Assembly (NCBI GenBank): GCA_037447605.1
Contig: CM074810.1
Span: 744,001 to 808,000 of the forward strand
Origin: Zygnema circumcarinatum SAG 698-1b
Taxonomy: Eukaryota > Plantae > Zygnematophyceae
Direction of reading: 5' to 3'
Length of the DNA stretch: 64,000 nt
A program made the translations under genes and the position numbers. Below, in pieces: positions 35,990 to 50,100 of the stretch (position 1 is the first letter of the stretch; each line of letters starts with the position of its first letter). The notes below the pieces were generated by a model. The model worked only from the letters and a program-made list of their open reading frames with translations. It did no database searches and was not told the origin of the DNA.

Positions 35990-37156
35990 ATGGTTTCTTC
36001 CGTGAAGCTCTCGTCCTCTCTCTCGCAGGGCCTTGTATCTCCCTTATCTTCTCCGCGGAGGAGCGTCAGAGAGCGCTCGACCTCTTGGAACCGCACGGCT
36101 GCGAGAATTGCCGATCAAATCCCTGCAATGAAGAGTTCTCCACCGAAGCCAAAGCCAAAGCCGTTCCTCCTTTCAACTGTTGCTCCTTTTAAAGGAGCCC
36201 AAAAACGCTCCGAATTTGGAAACGCTGTAAAGTGTGCTATGTCTCTTGGAGCCCCTATTGCAACGCCACTGACAGGTGGCAGCCGCAGAGGCAATGTGAG
36301 CGTTGTGGGCTGTCCAGAGCTGCCAGAGGGGTGTGTGTTTGACTCCTTTGAATCCCCAATTGGTGGAATTATGCTCCTCGCGTCCCCGTTGGGGCTGCAT
36401 GCACTGCTGCTGTCGACTGACGATGGGTCGATGTCGAAGGAGCAGCGCGCAGTCGAGGAGAATGTGACTCGGACTGGAGGAAGTGATGCGGTTATTAATC
36501 AGGTGATTGTGGGTGCGAATGTAACTGGTTGTTTCTCGAAATTTTGAAGGGGAGATGTGTGACATTGTTAATGAGGAATAATTGAAACGTTTTCAACCCC
36601 GTCACGCGTATGTAAGTCAAGTTACGTCCTGTTATGTGCCTTTTGGTGGAGTTCGCTTTTGCTCCTTATTATTTTAAGTACTTTATCCAAATCCTTTTTT
36701 AAGGTTATGATTGTGAGCAAGCAACGTCGCACTGTGAACCTAACTTATGAAGCCTGCGATTTAAAAAGCTGATGAGAAGTTGTTAAGTTATGTTAAATTG
36801 ACTCTTTGTCCGAAATTCCTGAACTGCAGGCAAAGGTGGAGCTTCAAGAGTACTTCAAGGGCGAGAGAAAGTCCTTCTCTCTCCCTTTAGCGCCTCTTGG
36901 AGGCACTCCCTTCCAGCGGCTTGTGTGGATGGGCCTCGACTCCATTCCGTATGGGCACACAATTTCATACAGTGAGCAAGCTGCCAATTTGGGTCTGAGT
37001 GGGACATCTTCTCGTGCTGTCGGAACTGCCAATGGAAAAAACCCACTCCCCATTGTCCTCCCCTGCCACCGAGTAATTGGCAAATCCGGCGCACTAACAG
37101 GATATGCGGGCGGTCTGAAAAAGAAGAAGTTTTTACTACAACTGGAGTCGAGTTGA
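35990..37156 (+). CDS. MGMT: Methylated-DNA--protein-cysteine methyltransferase (Ogt/MGMT type) with an N-terminal extension of about 110 aa
   Basis: Exons 35990-36502 and 36830-37156 (phase 0). Motifs GTPFQRLVW, IPYGHTISY, RAVGTANGKNPLPIVLPCHRVIG (active-site PCHR), LTGYAGGL. GCCGCCATGG start context. Confidence 0.95.
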
Positions 37157-38005
37157 CCAAAGTGCCCTCTTCATCGCTTTCTATGGCGTGGCGCCTTTTG
37201 GAACTTTGTATACAGAAGCTGAACGTATTTGTGATGTTAAGGCTAATCTGGGCCATTTAAAATACGTAATATTATACAGGATATATTTGCAGAAATATGT
37301 AGTCTTTGACACGTGATCAACCTTTGGGGTGCAGAGATATGTGTAAATTATATGTAAATAAAGTTATGTGTGGCAATGCTCATAGGCACAAGAAGTGGTA
37401 TATAAGGACTAGTTTTGATTAGAAGGGGAGATGGAGCTGCTTCCTTGAGTGGTTTGACTCAGCGATTCGCGTTTGGCAATCCTAATGTTTGAGATCATAA
37501 ATATTACCTGCTGCATGTAGGTCAGCTGCTAAGAATGTACATGGTTTCCTGATGAGGTTTTGATTTTTAGGTATGAAGTGCTGAGAATGACTGAACACAA
37601 AATTGAAGTGTCCAATGCATGAGCTGCTTTGCTAGGCCTTCAAGATTCGTGTACTTCCTCGTCATATGAAAGAAGGACCTTCCAACATGTGACGATTAAG
37701 GTTCACTTGAAAGAATAGAACATTGGTTTCCGAACGAGCCTCAACAGTATCCATATGCCCCAACAGTCGTGTTCAACATTTCATTCCAATTATTTCGTAA
37801 TTCAGAAAAAACCAGAGTAATTTCGTCACCTCCGATGCTACGGGCGTGCAGTTAACCACATCTAATGTCTAAACTCTATACATTTGCCCATCCTCCTTAT
37901 GTGACAATCCCCACCAACATCCCACCTCATAATACACATCTGATGCTTCGTCGTTTGCTCCACTTCACCACAAAAGTCAAGCCTCCCCTTCCATTGCTTT
38001 GTAAT

Positions 38006-40826
38006 TCACTCGTTGGCTGCTTGTCTGTTGTCAACGAGAGCCTCCTGGACCCACTCAGAAGGCCACCATTTGGGCTTTTCCAGCTTCACAATAGCTCCCT
38101 CTTCCTCATTCACTTTCAACCGCACGGAGTCTTTTAGCGCCATTTCCAGACGCAGATGAGCTAAGCCTCTTGGCCCAAGCGCTGCCAGAACCTTGCCAAC
38201 CTTTTTTCCGCCAGTCGCATCAACGATTTCAGCTCCAGGAACGGCGGCTTTATCGAGTTCTGTACGAGGAAATGGAGATTACATTCTCAGTTGGGTTAGA
38301 TGAAAGGAGTACAAGAAAGTGCTTCAGAAATGAGTAGTGAAGTCTCATGAGAGGGATTTGACATAGGGACCTGCTTACGGCTGAAAGTAAACGCACCTTT
38401 TCCTTCGTGTGGTGACAGAAAATGAACCGACATGAGTCGCTTTCGAATGACTCCTCGATGGTGTGTGCGGGCGGTAAGTTCTTGGCCTACATAGCAGCCT
38501 TTCTCAAAGCTGATAGCATTCAGCCCGTCCAAGTTATACTCCAAGGGCAAAGCCTCCTCTGCAAAAGATCAGAAATAAGAGATTGAACGTGACGAACCTT
38601 ACAGTACATGGGAGATTCTTAAGCTTATAACAGGGTGCATTCTTCTATGAAGCACATATCCAATGTTGATTGGCAGCAACGGGAGAGAGGCTGGTTTCCA
38701 CTGGGTCCCCTCCACACATAGATAGCGTAGAACCTTGAGAGAAAGTACAGAGAGAGGATCACTTGTAATGGCAATGGAAAGAGTATCTCACCCTTTGGAA
38801 TCTCAGAAGAGCCTTCTGCAACGCCATGTTCATATCGCCACAGTTTGTAATACTCCTCTCCAACTTCCTCCTTTGTCTCGAATAGCGGTGCTGCAAAAAA
38901 ACCTCATTTGAATTCATGAGTTTTCGCATTCCCATAGCCATGCGCTACATTCACTAGATGTTTGATACAAGCACCTACCAAGCTTGCTCACAAGCAAACG
39001 TTCTGTAGTTAGTTTCATCGACCGATGATAACGTCATCCCTCATCCTGCTGACATTCATACTCTCTCTCTCCCTCTGCTTCTCGGCCTGCTCCATACAAC
39101 AAACAAACGACACCTCAATTTAAAAACAATTGCAAGTTCCTGAAAGTTGAAACATGTAACCTGAATAAAGACTGCCCCCCCTTCTCCTTATAACCTAAAA
39201 GAAGCTGAATTTTGCCATCACACTTACGAATAGAGTTCGCTGGAAATAGCCCCCGCAAGCCTAAAGCAGCCAATCGCGGGTCCTTGTGCCAGGGCCACCC
39301 ACTCTCGGACACCTGTGCGGCAAACTCCGCCGTTCTGTCAGTGGTGCCCCCATACCCGATAGCGCCGGACTCCTCCGAGGGAGAGGCATCCGCCTCCGCC
39401 AACGACCCTCCTCCATACCTCGTCCAAATGCGTAATTCCTCTGAAATATCCTCAAAATTGACATTCGCCCTCAGCCTATGCCTGCACCAAGCAGGAACAA
39501 CAAACACTTTTTTTATATGTTTTTTCTTGGAGTCGTGCTCACTATGTCGATGTTGGTCGAACTCGAGAATTGACGAAACTCTCTTCTTGGATGTGGAGCT
39601 TTTCTCGGTTACACGACAGTATGTTCGCATCATGATTGGAATGTACAGTTTCTAGAAGTTCGCAAGAAGGAAGGCAAGCAAACAATGATATTTTGTTTTA
39701 ATGAGTGGATAATAATTACCTCTTCAAAAGAGCTATCACCTCGTCCAGAACATTTGCATCAACGTCTGCTACAAGATCCGGTATATCGTAGCCGTTGCTA
39801 GACGGTCCGGAAGCAGTCCTGTCTAACTGTTCGGGTTTCTGAACAGTCACAACTGCACACTGCATATCAGCTTTGGATGCTATACACAAAGCCCAACCTC
39901 AACGGAGCATCACTCAACATATCTAGAGACAAAATGAACTAACAAGAAAATACAAAGAAACTACAAACAGCAACCAAGGAAAGGGCCATTGCAGACACAA
40001 CACTTCCTGCAATTGCATGAGAGAGAAATCGCTACCCACCTTCACTGGGCGATAGAAGAACAGATCAAAGAGGAAGCGTCCTTGAGGATTGAGAATGGCT
40101 GCGTAGAGGGGCGAGTGTGCTGCGGTTGGAGCGTTGATCATCGGAACAGGCGAGTCGGTTGGGGGAGGAGGTTTTTCTTGGAATCTGCGCATGTCATTGG
40201 TCACCAGGCCCTGCAAGTGAACACATGGAACAAACTGTTAAACTCACAGCCTCAATGAACGATCCCTTACTGTGCTACTGCGTTTAGTTTCTGGGACTTT
40301 TATCAAGTCTCAAATCCCCCATCCCACACTCTCGCATACACATCCTTTTTGCGGTTTTTGTGCATGCATTTTCTTTTGTTAAATGACCCAGAAAAATCAA
40401 AAACAGTTCAAACCCCATCCTTCACAACAGAATCGACAAGAGGGAGAACAATAGGAGGGAGAAAGCGCGTGCGAGAAGAACCAGAGAAGGAAACCCAAAC
40501 CAAACAAGCACAAAACAAAAAACTGTCAGTTAAATGCAACCCACCTGCAAAAAGCTGATTGTGTCAGGTCCATCAAACCTAATCACACCTCTGCTCTTCA
40601 GATGAGAAGTGAAAGGGCCCCTTGAAGTGAGGGGGGTGGCCTCCGACTCTGCACTGCTTGAAAAGGCCCTCCTTGGACCCCCCTCGATTAAGTCATCAGG
40701 GCAGCCGGATGCACCGACAGCTGCCGCTCCTTCTCTGGCCCAGCCTCTTGATAAACTCCACATCGACGGCGGCTTTAGGGTTGCAGCGCTTCGTCGCCAT
40801 GCTTGAATGCACCGTCTGGACGCCAT
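38006..40826 (-). CDS. IBA57: IBA57/CAF17 (YgfZ family) folate-dependent Fe-S maturation factor, mitochondrial-type presequence
   Basis: Multi-exon; [90 protein letters not shown]-terminal PKWWP. Confidence 0.95.
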
Positions 40827-41162
40827 GGCGTATCTGAATGACCCTCTAGAAGCCTTAATCTCAAGGTATTAACCAATAAGCGAGAAGAGTGTGAGAAAAA
40901 TGTCCAAAACAGGAAACACTTTCTTGATCTGCTCGCTTTTAAAGTGGTATGTTCTGCGCGGAAGTCGAAGTTGCGATGCACAAACTCGAAGCTGCAGTCA
41001 CCTAGCCTTGCAGCGAAGCTCCCGGGGAGGCGGCCACGGTCAAGCGGCGGAGGAATAAGAAGAAGCTCCCCTGCTTGGACGCCTTTCTGCCAAGCGCGGC
41101 AGCCATAGCTTGGACCTCCCTCCACCTTCGTCTCTCTCCGCGGCCCCAACGAGGCGGAGGGG

Positions 41163-41273
41163 AAACCCTAAGGGACACGTGGCGGACGCAGAGACGCCGA
41201 CCGGGACACGTGGCAGAAAAGCAGCGGCGCAGATGACACGTGGCATTTTAAGCGTTCCGGAAGGTGACGTGGC
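41163..41273 (+). promoter_or_regulatory. Telo-box plus four co-oriented ABRE/G-box elements (ACGTGGC) in the IBA57/HVA22 divergent promoter
   Basis: ACGTGGC at 41177, 41208, 41238 and 41267; the first two are GGACACGTGGC. GCCGAC core near 41196. AAACCCTAA at 41163. Confidence 0.6.
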
Positions 41274-41676
41274 AGACCCAGCTGGACTAACGTTTGTCTT
41301 TTTCGGTATTCGTACATTGTACGATTGCAGTACGAAAGGAGCATTTTCGTACGATTTCGTACGATCAATGGTCCAACTCACGCTACATGCGAGCAGTTCC
41401 AGAAATGATAAAAATAACGACCAACAGAACAGTATACATGGTCCGTAAACGTTTTTTTTGAACCGTTGGAAAGCTGGGATTGTCGGTTTGCCCGCTCAGC
41501 TGGGGTGAGGGAGGGAGGCAGAGAGAGGGGGAGCGGGGGTGAGGGAGGGAGAGAGTGGGGGTGCGTGAGGGGAGACAGGGGGAGAGGGTCGTAAGGGAGT
41601 AGGAGGAAAGAGAGGGAGCGGGAGTGAGGGAAGGAAGAGGGAAAAGGAGGAGAGGGAGGAAGTGACCGCTGCAGCC

Positions 41677-43476
41677 ATGAGCTTCGCCGTTATGGTGATT
41701 CGGCCTCTGGGGTGAGGCAGCGCTGCTGGGGCTGGATGATGGGGTTGGGTAGAGAGAGAGAGAGAGGGAGAGAGAGAGAAAGGGAGAGCTGCAGACCGAG
41801 AGAGAGGAAAGAAAATGAGGCAAAAGGAGGGGAGGAAGGCGTTGCGAGGAAGGGAGAGAGATGGGCGAGGAGAGGAGGATCGAGCAGAGATCGGAAGAGA
41901 ATGAGAGGCATAGGGGGAAGGAGAGTGGTTGTGGGAGGTGCGGGAGGAAAGGAAGTGGTCGGGGAAGTGTGAGAGTGGGGTTGGGGAGTGGAGGTGGAGA
42001 GAGAGGGAAGGAGAGAGACGGGCGGATTAGGGTTCGCACTTATATCTTGATTTTTTTTCAGGATGGTTGATACAGTTGGGTTGCAGTAAGCTCCCAATTT
42101 GGGTTCAATAATTCTCTGCTAGTGTATATCTATTCAGCAGAAACCGATCAATCTTTTATTGAATGGCTCCCATTTCTCAGGATATTGTGGGCTTTTATTG
42201 GACTTAAGTTTTAATAACCTGATCTATGTTTTCTATCATGATTCGCATGTTGAACTGAATTGGGATTTGTCCAAAACTTGACAGAACGTTTGTAGGTTGT
42301 GCTTATCCGTTCTATTCAACTTTTAAGGCGTTGGATTCGAAATCGCAAGAAGCGAGTGCGCAATGGTTGACCTATTGGAGCGTTTTTTCGCTTTGCATTA
42401 CTTTTGAAACAATCTTTTCTTACCCACTTGAATGGTTAGTGCCCTGTAAGTCCTGTCTAAGCATCTTATGCATCGGCAACTCTTTATCAGTTGGCATTAT
42501 ATTCGGTTTTTTTGTTTCTTGTTCTTGTAAAACCACAGTCTTTTACTTTCTTAACTCCAGAGTTCAGAAATACATGACCTGCCGACGTCGCTTATTGTCG
42601 AAGTTGAACTTAATCCGAGATGCTGAGTTGTATGGGATGGGCTCGTTTGTCTAATCAGTGACCTCTACCTGAAACTTTTGGTTCTACAGGATACCTATAT
42701 ATTACACATTGAAGCTAGCATTCGTCCTCTGGTTACAACTTCCTCAAACGAAGGTTTGGTCCTTTTCCCATCGTTACGCTTTATCTCTTGTTGGCGCTGC
42801 TCTATGAGCTGGAATTTGTCATATCTTGTTCTTGTCTGTTCGAAGAAACGATAGCTTCAACTTTAGCCCTTCCTGCAAATATCATGTAGTAATAGAGCAT
42901 GTAGATCTCAGTTAGAAATGGCTTGAATATTTAATGTGAACTGAGGTCATTTTGCGAGCGAGAAGCTTTCAGGTTAACGCGAGAGAAGGTTCTTTGGGAG
43001 CAAGAATTCTAATCTGGACCCTTTTTTCTGCCTGCAGGGAGCCATGATGATCTACTGGAAACTTCTACAACCTCAACTGAAAAAGCATGAAGACCAAATT
43101 GACCACATGTTTTTGGAAGGTCGTAGGAAAGCCTTGCGCTTCAAAGATTGGGTATTTCAGCCTGCAAGCACTTTCCCGCCCTCCCTGTACAGCCTGTGCC
43201 TGACTCCTCCCCTGCCTCCTTTGTGTTTTCTTTTCTTTGTTTCCACTTCGTTGTTTCTCAGATAAGGTGATGCAGTAACCGTAAAGTCGAATTTGCTGCT
43301 CTTTCACTGAGTGTCTGCCCCTTCAGTGAGGGCCAATGGACTAACTTTTAAGATTTTATGGTTTGCATTGCCTCCCCATCTTCCAGCCCGCAAGCATGCT
43401 GAGTCGTTCCACCACTGCGGCCGACAAGGTCCTGCAAGAGTTGGAGGAGGGCGATGCGGGAGAGAAGGGGGAGTGA
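41677..43476 (+). CDS. HVA22: HVA22/REEP (TB2/DP1) family protein
   Basis: Exons give MSFAVMVIRPLG|...VGCAYPFYSTFKALD...QWLTYWSVFS...|IPIYYTLKLAFVLWLQLPQTK|GAMMIYWKLLQPQLKKHEDQID.... The last exon (stop at 43474-43476) is tentative. Confidence 0.85.
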
Positions 43477-44190
43477 CCCATCAACATGCAATACCTTATC
43501 TTTCGCGGATGAGATAAGCCGAGAAATATGGCTTTCCTGCAGATGAATCATGAAGCTTACAGATATGATTAGCTAATACATGCTGCGAGAAGTGAACATG
43601 GAAACACATAGTTTCTGTTGTATACAAGTGGAAACTGAAGAAATTGCATATGTTAGGGGACGAGTGTGTGCACACAACTGCTTCAATGTTTCCATTCGAG
43701 AGATAAGATAGGGTTCACCTTTTGTACACAAAGAGTTGGAAATTGCAAGCAGCCATGCGTGTCAGCTCCATCAGATTTCGAGTTATTGATGTTTAGGTCA
43801 AAGCCTGAAACGAGCTTGCACTTTTTCAATTGTAGAGAAACCACCCATCAATGAAATGGATATGTCCAGTGCAGTTTTCTTTTTTGGAATATTATTTGAG
43901 CCATTGTTGTCTAATTTATGCCATTTTTTATGACGCGATTCGTGGACTTTTGCCCGATGCTGGCCACCAGGTGAATCAGAAAATTGCTTTATTCCTTATG
44001 GCATTTCAAGTCCTTCAAGTAATTTGTGTCGTTTTTTCACCTAAATCTAACTTTTGGGGCTAAAGTCTGTACATCACAGCGGAACAGATGCTTGTAGAAC
44101 ATCTCCACCAAACTGAAAACTAAATATTTCCAAAATTTCCGATCCAAAATTCGTCAAGCTGGAAAGATACCAAGTATTTCCCTCCCCTTG

Positions 44191-47100
44191 TCAATTCCCA
44201 GAAGCCCTCATTGTGGGCGTTAGCATTGCAGTGGTGCTATTGGGAGTCGGTGTGCCAGGGGGCGTTTCTGTGCACAACTGAATCTGTGCTGTTTTCAGTG
44301 GAAGGAGGAAGAAATTTGTTGGCAGTTTCAGCCGCACAGAACTTCTTTCTGGAGGAGAAGGAGCTGCAGGAAAAGCTTCATCGTGCGTGGCCTGCTCGGG
44401 CTCGGGTTCAACCTGCACAGAAAAATAGATCATGACTTACCACTTTGCATGAAGGAAACAAAACTCAAGCAACTTGCATTCTGCTATATTGTTTTTTTCT
44501 GCACTTCATCATCCTTCATCCTTCTGCTTGTTGGAATAAGCACTGTTTTTAGACACTTTTTAGGCCCTTTTCAGTCCTTGTAGGGCAGACTGAACAAAGC
44601 ATGGCGGAGATTTGTGGCTGCAACGACCCTTTTCAGTTTAAGAAAAGAATGGGATTCTTTTTCAGATTCATTCTCACCTTAGCCCTGAACCCTTTCATGC
44701 AGCAGTAGACCCCTGCCGCTGTGAGTGCGAGCAGGAAGAGGAACCCCCCCACGGAAATTCCAACTATAGCTCCAACCCTTAACCGAGAACTGCGTCTCCT
44801 CGGTTGACTTTCAGAAGGCGGAGTCGAATTTGTGACTGGAAATGCAGAAACTTAAAAGGTAAGGAAGTTATTTCACGAATGTTCTCTGTTCTCCGTCAGT
44901 TTTTTCTTTTAACATTCCTTTCTATAAGCAGTTGTTGCGCAAGAGAGTTGCTTTTTAGGGCTGTAGATTCCATACAGTGCCTACCTAGCAGTTGCTGGAT
45001 AACCATATACGATCCGAATTGTGACATCATGATGGATGCTCGCCTGTTGGGAAGCCACACGTGGCAGGGGTCCATTCGCTGCCACTTGCTCTGTAGTTTT
45101 GGAATTGTATCCTTTGTATGGAGGACATATATCTGCCTCTGTGTACAGGTAGTGTCGTTGGATTGACTTCCGGTCAGAGCAGATGTGAGAGCGTTAACGA
45201 GAGAGAATCCTCCGGGTTCATTTGTGGCATCACACTGACTTGGACATGCGTATTCACTGCAAATTCATTTCATACGACGCATTAGTGATCTATGTTGAGG
45301 AGATGTTTAAGCCGAAGAATGTGTTTGCTGATCTAATATCATGTATCATCCATTTACAGGCTTCCTTTTGGTTTGAAATGCTCACCTTGAAGGTGGAGGG
45401 TCTGTTTCATAGTCCATCATGAGCAACATGGGATTCACTATAGGGCCAGTCCCGGCGATGGTTATTATGTTAGAGCAGATCACCTGCCCATCTTCGGGTG
45501 GACTGCTCACATTCGATGATTTTGATACATTTGTTGTGAGCTCATTCACTGTAATCTTTCTCGCAGCTTGCTTTTTTTCATTTTTCGATATTGTCGGCAA
45601 AAATATCAGGTAACCCTTCCCAAGTATTAAGGTGCTCTCCAGCACCGGAACATCGCAGGATGCTGAGTGGCAGGAAACAGAAAAGTAGTGATTATGCAGA
45701 AAACATAAACAATAGTAATGAACCCAATCCACTTAACCTTGAATCAGCTATATCACTTCTCTACCCCATGAAACCTAAGGTTGCTTCTTTGTTAGACTTT
45801 TGCTTTTTCATGTGCGTAGAATCTCTTTCCAATGCATGCACACATACCTGAAGACTGGCAATTCCTGAGGTGTTGTATGGGCTCAGAAAAGGCTCCTCCA
45901 GCTGCTTCAAACTCAATAAACACAAGCATCCATGCACTGATAAGAACAGTCACATGTGCAGGCTCTAAGTCTGCATTGCCTGCAACGTCAATTGCACGGC
46001 TCGAGAATTTGTAGACCCCATCATAGAGCTCCTCATAGAAGACCATGTTCTGACATAGCCTCCACTCATGCACCACATATTGAGGCATAGCAGAGGCAAG
46101 TTGGCACTCATAGTGACTGATTCCTGAACCTCCATTTCTGTCGTTTCCTAAAGAGGTGAAGGTTGGGCTGAGGGAGTCAGGCAGGGAGCTGCTTGAAGAA
46201 TAAAGCGATGTTTTGGGGGGAAGGGTATCTGCAAGAAATCGGCCCAGGGAGGTACATATTATAGAGATCTGACAGATTTCAAAAGCAAAGGTTCACATGT
46301 TTTACTTATCTGCAATAATGATATCTCCTCGTTCTAGCTCTGCAGGTTTCATTAGCAAGACAAAACACTCAATAGTATGGAAGTAAAACCTCCTTCCACT
46401 TACATCTGCTGGTGAACTGAGTTTACTCTTTTTTTAATTTTGAGTTTCAAACTCACCTATAGTCCATGTGTATGCTGTCCAAGGGCCAAAATTTCCCTCT
46501 CTGTCACGAATCCGAATGCTGGCCTTATGTTCTCCTTCTGACAGCGACTCCATACTGATGGGGTTGCTGCAGTTGCTGATCGCATCTGTATCCGGAAATT
46601 TGCATTCAAAGGAGCTTTTCCTGAAATCGATAGGAAGGGTTGAGGGTAATCGTCCAGTGCTTTCTTCTTCAAAAGAGAAACTGGCTGAAGTTTGGTTTGT
46701 GTATCGAAACGGAACAGGGGGCAAAAACTGTGCAGAAACATCGATCTGCAGTTCTATGTCTTCTTCAACAGAGAATTCAACTGTATATGGAAGTTCAGCC
46801 ATATTGCCCACTTGATCGGCAGCTTTCACTTGGAATGTGTAGTTTCCTGGAAAGAGCTCACTATAGACTTTAGGGCTAACACATGGGGCCCACATCATAG
46901 CCTCTTCAAAATGGTTTTCTCTTTCTATCAAAAGGCAGAAATATGCTGCTATTCCAGACCCATCTTCACCATCACTTCCCAAGAAAGTGATGTTGAACCT
47001 CCTCCCTGCTGTTTCCCAAACTGCATATTCTATAGAGGGGGCTTGGGCATCAAGTAGGAAAATTGTCTCATTAATGGGTCTCCAATTCCCAGCCAAGTCT

Positions 47101-50100
47101 TTTGCTGTAAGAGAAAATCGGTATTTTCCGGGGAGAAGCTGGGAGTAGGTTAATGGGCTGAAGCAGTTTCCCCAAGAAGTGGAGGTGGTCCAATTATCAG
47201 ATTCCTTGATCTCCATTTTGCACATGTATTCTGCAGTTTCAGATGATACAAAGGTGAATTTTACTCTCTCAGAGTTGAGTACCGAAGCAGGCTTAGACAA
47301 GAATATGGTTTCGGGGGGGGTGATGTCAACAGTGAAGTCAACTGAAGCTGAAAAATTGCTCAGAAATCCGAGATTCCATGTGGGTACTGCTCGGACATAG
47401 AAGCGGTATCTTCCTTCTGAAAGGGGACGAGTAGGAATATATGGGCTACTGCAATTGTTGATCCATCCTGATGGGAGAGGAGGAATTTTGGGGCTTGTCC
47501 ATATCTTCAAAAAGCAACCCCAGTCAGGTCTACCTGTAACTCCTTCTACTCCTTCAGAATCCAACTCAAAGGAGATTGCAGGCCTTGTATTGTTTGTGAA
47601 AGGAGGAGGATATGCAGTTATAGCAGCTGCTGGGAGTAGAGTAGTCAAAACCCAGCTCTTTGTGGGAGGTTTTGTGTCCCAATTCCCAGCCAAGTCCACT
47701 GCCCGAACAGAAAATGTGTAGTTTCCATCATACATTCCTGAATACTGTTTAGGGCTCGTGCAATTCTCCCACCCGTGGGAGAGGTCTAGTCGAGGCATTT
47801 GCCCTCCTGGGGAGAGGGAGGGAATGGCAGGGATGACAGTTGATAGGGAGGGATAGGGAGTAGAGGGATTGGAGTCTCTCTGTTCTGGGGGAGGGTGGAG
47901 ATTAACCGCAGTCAAAGAGCAGTGGAAGTAGCTAAAGTCTGAGGAGGATGAAGAGAATTGGAAGGCAGCCGTAGCAGAGAGAGGGGAGGTAGTGGAGGTA
48001 GATAAAAGGGAGGTGTCGGGAGGCACTGTGTTCACATTGAAACTCGCATTATACTCATTGCTTATAAGTACGTTCACAAATCTGCAGAAGATAGACAATA
48101 TATTCGGCAAATGTTTAGGTATTGGAGTATTTTAAGGGATAGAATGCGTTTTTTTGGGTTTCTTTTGAATGACTCCTACCTCCTGTCTTCGGCTCTGGCC
48201 TGAAATAAATATTCGCCGTCCGGCAAGTTTTCGTACGATGCAGGAGATGAACACCTCTGCCACGTGGAGACCTTCCAGCGAGCTGTCACGCGTGTGAGCT
48301 TGCAGGCCCATTGGATGGTGGGGCCCTCCGTTCCGGCTAGGAGAATGGTAAGGTTCACCATGTTTGTGTAGAAAGGAGGAGGCGGATTCGCATGCACTTC
48401 TGCAGGAACAAAGGTATGAAGTTTGGAAAAAAGTGACTAAGTCTCTTGGTCGTATAGTCAAGAATGAGTATGATGTATGGGTACACTGCCATCAGAAACA
48501 AGAATCTCCCCTTCCTGCGCTTCTAATAAACCGAGTAGAAAAACTAAAAGAAAAACTCTTTCTTTTAGAATACTCTATTCGATTTAGGCACTGGTTTTTT
48601 TGTCTTGAAGCATCAGAAACATTTGTTTTTTGAGGTGGGTTCCTTGGAAATTGGGCATTTTTTTTACCCATGCAAGGGGTTTCGGAGATAGGCCCCCGAG
48701 CAGCGAATGCGAAGGCCTGTCCCTGCATCATGGGGCTCAAAATGTTGATTTGATAGCCTTGGATTTCCGCCACGTATACTCCTGCTTGGGGTTGCCTAAT
48801 CCAAACCTGCTAAGTGGAATTTCAGATGGTGGCAATTGCATTAGAAATATGTGTTTGTTGTTTGTGTTGTGTTGTGTTGTGTAATGTAGGAATGGGTTCT
48901 ACTTCTGACACGATACTATTATATTACATATCAATTGTCGTTTTACCTCCTTGGACAGATTGACAACGAAGCAGTTGTTCATTTTTTGATGCAGTTAGAA
49001 ACTCATATAACACGACTTTCAACCAATTTAAACAGCTTCAACCTCGTTAGAAGCAATCTGCAGTTTGTCTCACACGTGCCATCATTCCCAATACATAATT
49101 AAGAAGCCAATCTTCCCTCACTTACTTGCTCGACGTTGTTAACATTGTCGGGCTCCCCTCCTCCGTTACCCCAATAAGCTTCTCCGGTCGGTCCCATCAC
49201 CAAAAGATGAAGATTATTTACTAACTTGGGCTGAGTCGAATCCCCTCCAAGCAGGGCAGGAGCATCGTGCCTGCAATAGATATAAATACCTTACTAAATA
49301 TGGCTTTCCTGCTTTTCATGGGGCTGAAACGGATCAACCCATTACGACTGTGCCTTTAATGGGTCTTTAGTGTGCCTTCTAAATCGAACTTTCTCCTTGA
49401 AGTCTCACCCAAAGGAGAAAACCATCGTGAGTTCAATGCCATTTTCTTTCTCTAGAAATCCATTAGAGGGAAAGTTGGGCCCACCAAACGAGTGTGATCT
49501 TCAACCCGTTGGCATTGTCGGGAGAGGAGAGGAAGCAGAAGCGGTCTCCGTATCCCGTCTTCAAAGGTGCTCCCTCCCTCACCAACAGAGGGAGAGAGTC
49601 GGCCCCTTCAAGGGGGAGACTGCTTAGGAGGTCCACTCGGCCGAAGCCTTGGTTCATGGAAGGGGGGAAATCCATGGGCTGAGAGTCTCCTGAAAGAGCA
49701 GTCAAAACCCACATGCTGTTTTGTTTACTGCTTCTTTTCTTTGGGATTGTGAAAGGGCAGCTCAGAGGGTCCATGCACGCTTTCCGTGCATAGTTTCAGT
49801 TGAGAAAGACCCACCCACCATTGACACCGTTCATGTGCACAGCTCCGTTGAGCATAACGGCCTTCACTAACATTCCAGTGGGCTCGAATCCCTTGCTGGG
49901 ATTCTGCAGGAACAGCATTGGGCAATTCATATGCTCAGTCTAAATCAACCTAAGGACCATGCAGTCGTGGAAAAAGAAAGCTTATTGAAAGCTTGAGGAA
50001 CAGTTCAGATGATGCAATAATGCGTATGGTGCGTTTGGCTATGGTCCTTTACCTTCTTTCCTGAAGGATAGAACCCATCCATGAAGTATTGCCGGATGAG

